Positions 54,901-56,792 of a stretch of 56,792 nucleotides of DNA are shown in pieces; the first letter of the stretch is position 1; each line of letters opens with the position of its first letter. The DNA is from a virus. Taxonomy: Duplodnaviria > Caudoviricetes. The stretch covers positions 1 through 56,792 of the IMG/VR virus record IMGVR_UViG_3300036906_000230. The stretch is one strand, 5' to 3'. Under the pieces are notes generated by a model. The model was not told where the DNA came from. It saw only the letters and a program-made list of their open reading frames with translations, and ran no database searches. A program made the translations under genes and the position numbers.

Positions 54901-56007
54901 TTAGCCGGCCACGCGCACAAGCCGGGATGTGGTCAAACAAGCTCTCAACTTCTCGGCAACGGCTCTGGCGAACGGTGGAGGAAAGGCGTTGCCAACCTGC
55001 CGGTACGCTGCGGTCTTCTTGCCGGAGAACTGCCAATCATCAGGAAATCCCTGAATCCGTGCCACCATGCGAACCGTTAGCCGTGGCATGCCCACGAAGT
55101 CGGTACCGGGAGCCTCATCCACAATGCCGAGTCCATCCACACCGAGCATGGCCCAGGCCTTCCTGGCCCTAGTGGGTCCAAGGTCTGGACCACCGTGTTT
55201 GTGTGATCCCCCGACAATGGTGGGGGCAATTTCGTCGGCCAAGTCTTTCCAGGCGTCGACACCCTTCCAGCCGTTCGCCGCCATTAGATCGTACAGCTTT
55301 TCCCCAACCGTCGGTGGTTGCAAGCCGTTGCCGCCGGGCCACGTGAAGTGCTCAGAATAGTCGTCTCGCAACCCGATGAAAACCACCCTGGGGCGCAGTT
55401 GCGGCACGCCGAATTCCGAAGCGTTCATGAGCTTCCATCCGGTCTTGTAGCCGAGCTTCTTCAGTTGGTCCCTGATGTACAGACGGTAGTCGATAAAGAC
55501 CGCGTCCAGGATGCCGCGGACATTCTCAATCATCACCGCTTTCGGCCGGATCTGGTCGACCAGCCGGATCATGGCCGGGAACAGGTTGCGTTCGTCCTTC
55601 GTCCCAAGCTGTTTCCCCGCCACCGAGAATGGCGGGCAGGGCAGTCCCCCGGAGATGATATCCACGCCGATGAAGCTGGAGCCATCAAAGGTGTTTAGAT
55701 CATGCTCGATCACGTTCCAGGCAGGCCGGTTCAGACGTAATGTAGCGCACGCAGCCTTATCGAGCTCGACCAGCCCGGCGTGGTCGATCCCGGCCTGATC
55801 GTAGCCCAGAGCTTGACCTCCGGCCCCCGCACACAGTTCCAAGGCCCTCAGTCCGCACATACGCCGCCTTCCAGTACCCTCGCTCGCTTTTCCAGGCCTG
55901 GTCAACCACGGATTCTCGGACATCTCCGGAAATAGAACACCGTTCTCTTCGTCGCGCCGCCGTTTCATTCGTCCTACCTGTAGTATCGGCTGTTTTTTCG
56001 TTTTCAT
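54901..56007 (-). CDS. C5-cytosine DNA methyltransferase (M.NaeI/M.NgoMIV-like)
   Basis: ELCAGAGG, GGLPCPPFS, ENVRG, APTIVGGSHKHGGPDLGPTRA, QVGNAFPPP; start uncertain (55860-56007). Confidence 0.9.
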   Translation of the reverse strand: MKTKKQPILQVGRMKRRRDEENGVLFPEMSENPWLTRPGKASEGTGRRRMCGLRALELCAGAGGQALGYDQAGIDHAGLVELDKAACATLRLNRPAWNVIEHDLNTFDGSSFIGVDIISGGLPCPPFSVAGKQLGTKDERNLFPAMIRLVDQIRPKAVMIENVRGILDAVFIDYRLYIRDQLKKLGYKTGWKLMNASEFGVPQLRPRVVFIGLRDDYSEHFTWPGGNGLQPPTVGEKLYDLMAANGWKGVDAWKDLADEIAPTIVGGSHKHGGPDLGPTRARKAWAMLGVDGLGIVDEAPGTDFVGMPRLTVRMVARIQGFPDDWQFSGKKTAAYRQVGNAFPPPFARAVAEKLRACLTTSRLVRVAG

Positions 56008-56667
56008 GCGGACATCCAATTCCAGATGACCGGACCAAAGCTGAAACCTTCCGGCCAAGCAAACCATTTTACCGTTTCGCGGTTCGAACAAGGTGTATCG
56101 ATCACGTAGGCGGCGCGGGCGTTGCAGCTGAAGCCAACGTCTTGCACCGCTGGCGGCGGGAGTTCCGCGATCGTCCAGGGAATGTCTTCTCCGGCAACGG
56201 CGAGCAGCGCTGGTCGGATGGGCGGATCGTAGGGTGTGTCTCAACCTGTTTTGTGTCAGCCGAAGGGGCCGGGGGACGAAAATGCCTTATTTTGTCCCAA
56301 AACCCGTCCAAGTACTGATGCCTTAAGAGAGCGTTTGGATGCCTCCCTTTAGCAATAGCCGAAAGGAGTTCTTGATCTGGTTGTACACTCGGACTAGATA
56401 CAGCGATATCCTTATGATTCCATGTCGCCGAGGCTGTCCCCAAAACTCGAAGCGGGCACCGCAGGCAGGCATTCCACAATGATCCAACGAGCCGCCAGGG
56501 CATTCGAACTTCGCTTCAAGGAGCGCTCGAAATGGCACCCTATTCCGGCTTGGGCGAAGTATCTTATTTCTATCGGATCCAGCTTAACGACGGCCCAGTC
56601 TCCTGAATGCAGAATAGTAGCGACTATTTCAGTCCCGACGTCTTCCTTCGCGGCCGCCTTCATTTCG

Positions 56668-56792
56668 GGCGCTTCCGGCTATTTAGTGGCTTCTGGGGCC
56701 ATGTCGAGGCCGCCGCAGTGGAAGTAGATGGCGTGAACGAAGTTCTGTTTGTTCCGGAAGCCTCGCGCGGTGTACTTCACCCATTGGATCTT
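56668..56792 (-). mobile_element. ISL3-family IS right end with transposase C-terminus (CDS fragment 56679-56792)
   Basis: Minus frame reads KIQWVKYTARGFRNKQNFVHAIYFHCGGLDMAPEATK*; terminal GGCGCTTCCGGCTATTTAGTGG resembles an ISL3 inverted repeat. Confidence 0.8.

Noticed and set aside
56102-56663. Short ORFs next to the ISL3 end
   Set aside because: No recognisable motifs; may be remnants of an interrupted gene but cannot be supported

Overview
High-GC temperate siphophage-type prophage of about 52 kb, almost entirely on the - strand. The host is probably Acidobacteriota (inferred from protein styles only). Read right to left, it contains: an XRE-HTH fusion gene, a 58-bp inverted-repeat ori-like element, a promoter/operator, a cos-like site, two ParB-fused DNA methyltransferases, lambda-like terminase, portal, S49 protease and capsid, a non-contractile tail module with a -1 frameshifted chaperone, lysis genes, and an early/replication operon (Cro-like, SNF2, SSB-like, YfdP/YfdQ, ParB-DUF5131, VRR-NUC, C5 MTase, RepB-type primase, UvrD, Xis, tyrosine integrase). 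A DUF2924 gene lies on the left. An HNH/Vsr/C5-MTase cassette and an ISL3 end lie on the right. The main discovery is a TIGR-Tas-like RNA-guided system. A nuclease-less Nop/IS110-C-terminal-domain protein (TasA-like, 10175-11014) sits directly behind a 36-nt-period dual-repeat array. Three more mini-arrays with the same repeats lie 36-39 kb away, around a ParB-MTase gene and the packaging site (9 units, 18 spacers of 8 nt in total). Four spacer pairs, joined as A + revcomp(B), resemble segments of the genes next to their own array at 11-13/16 identity, with mostly wobble or conservative differences. This suggests guides against sister phages that avoid self-targeting. All annotations come from reading motifs by eye; no database searches were run.
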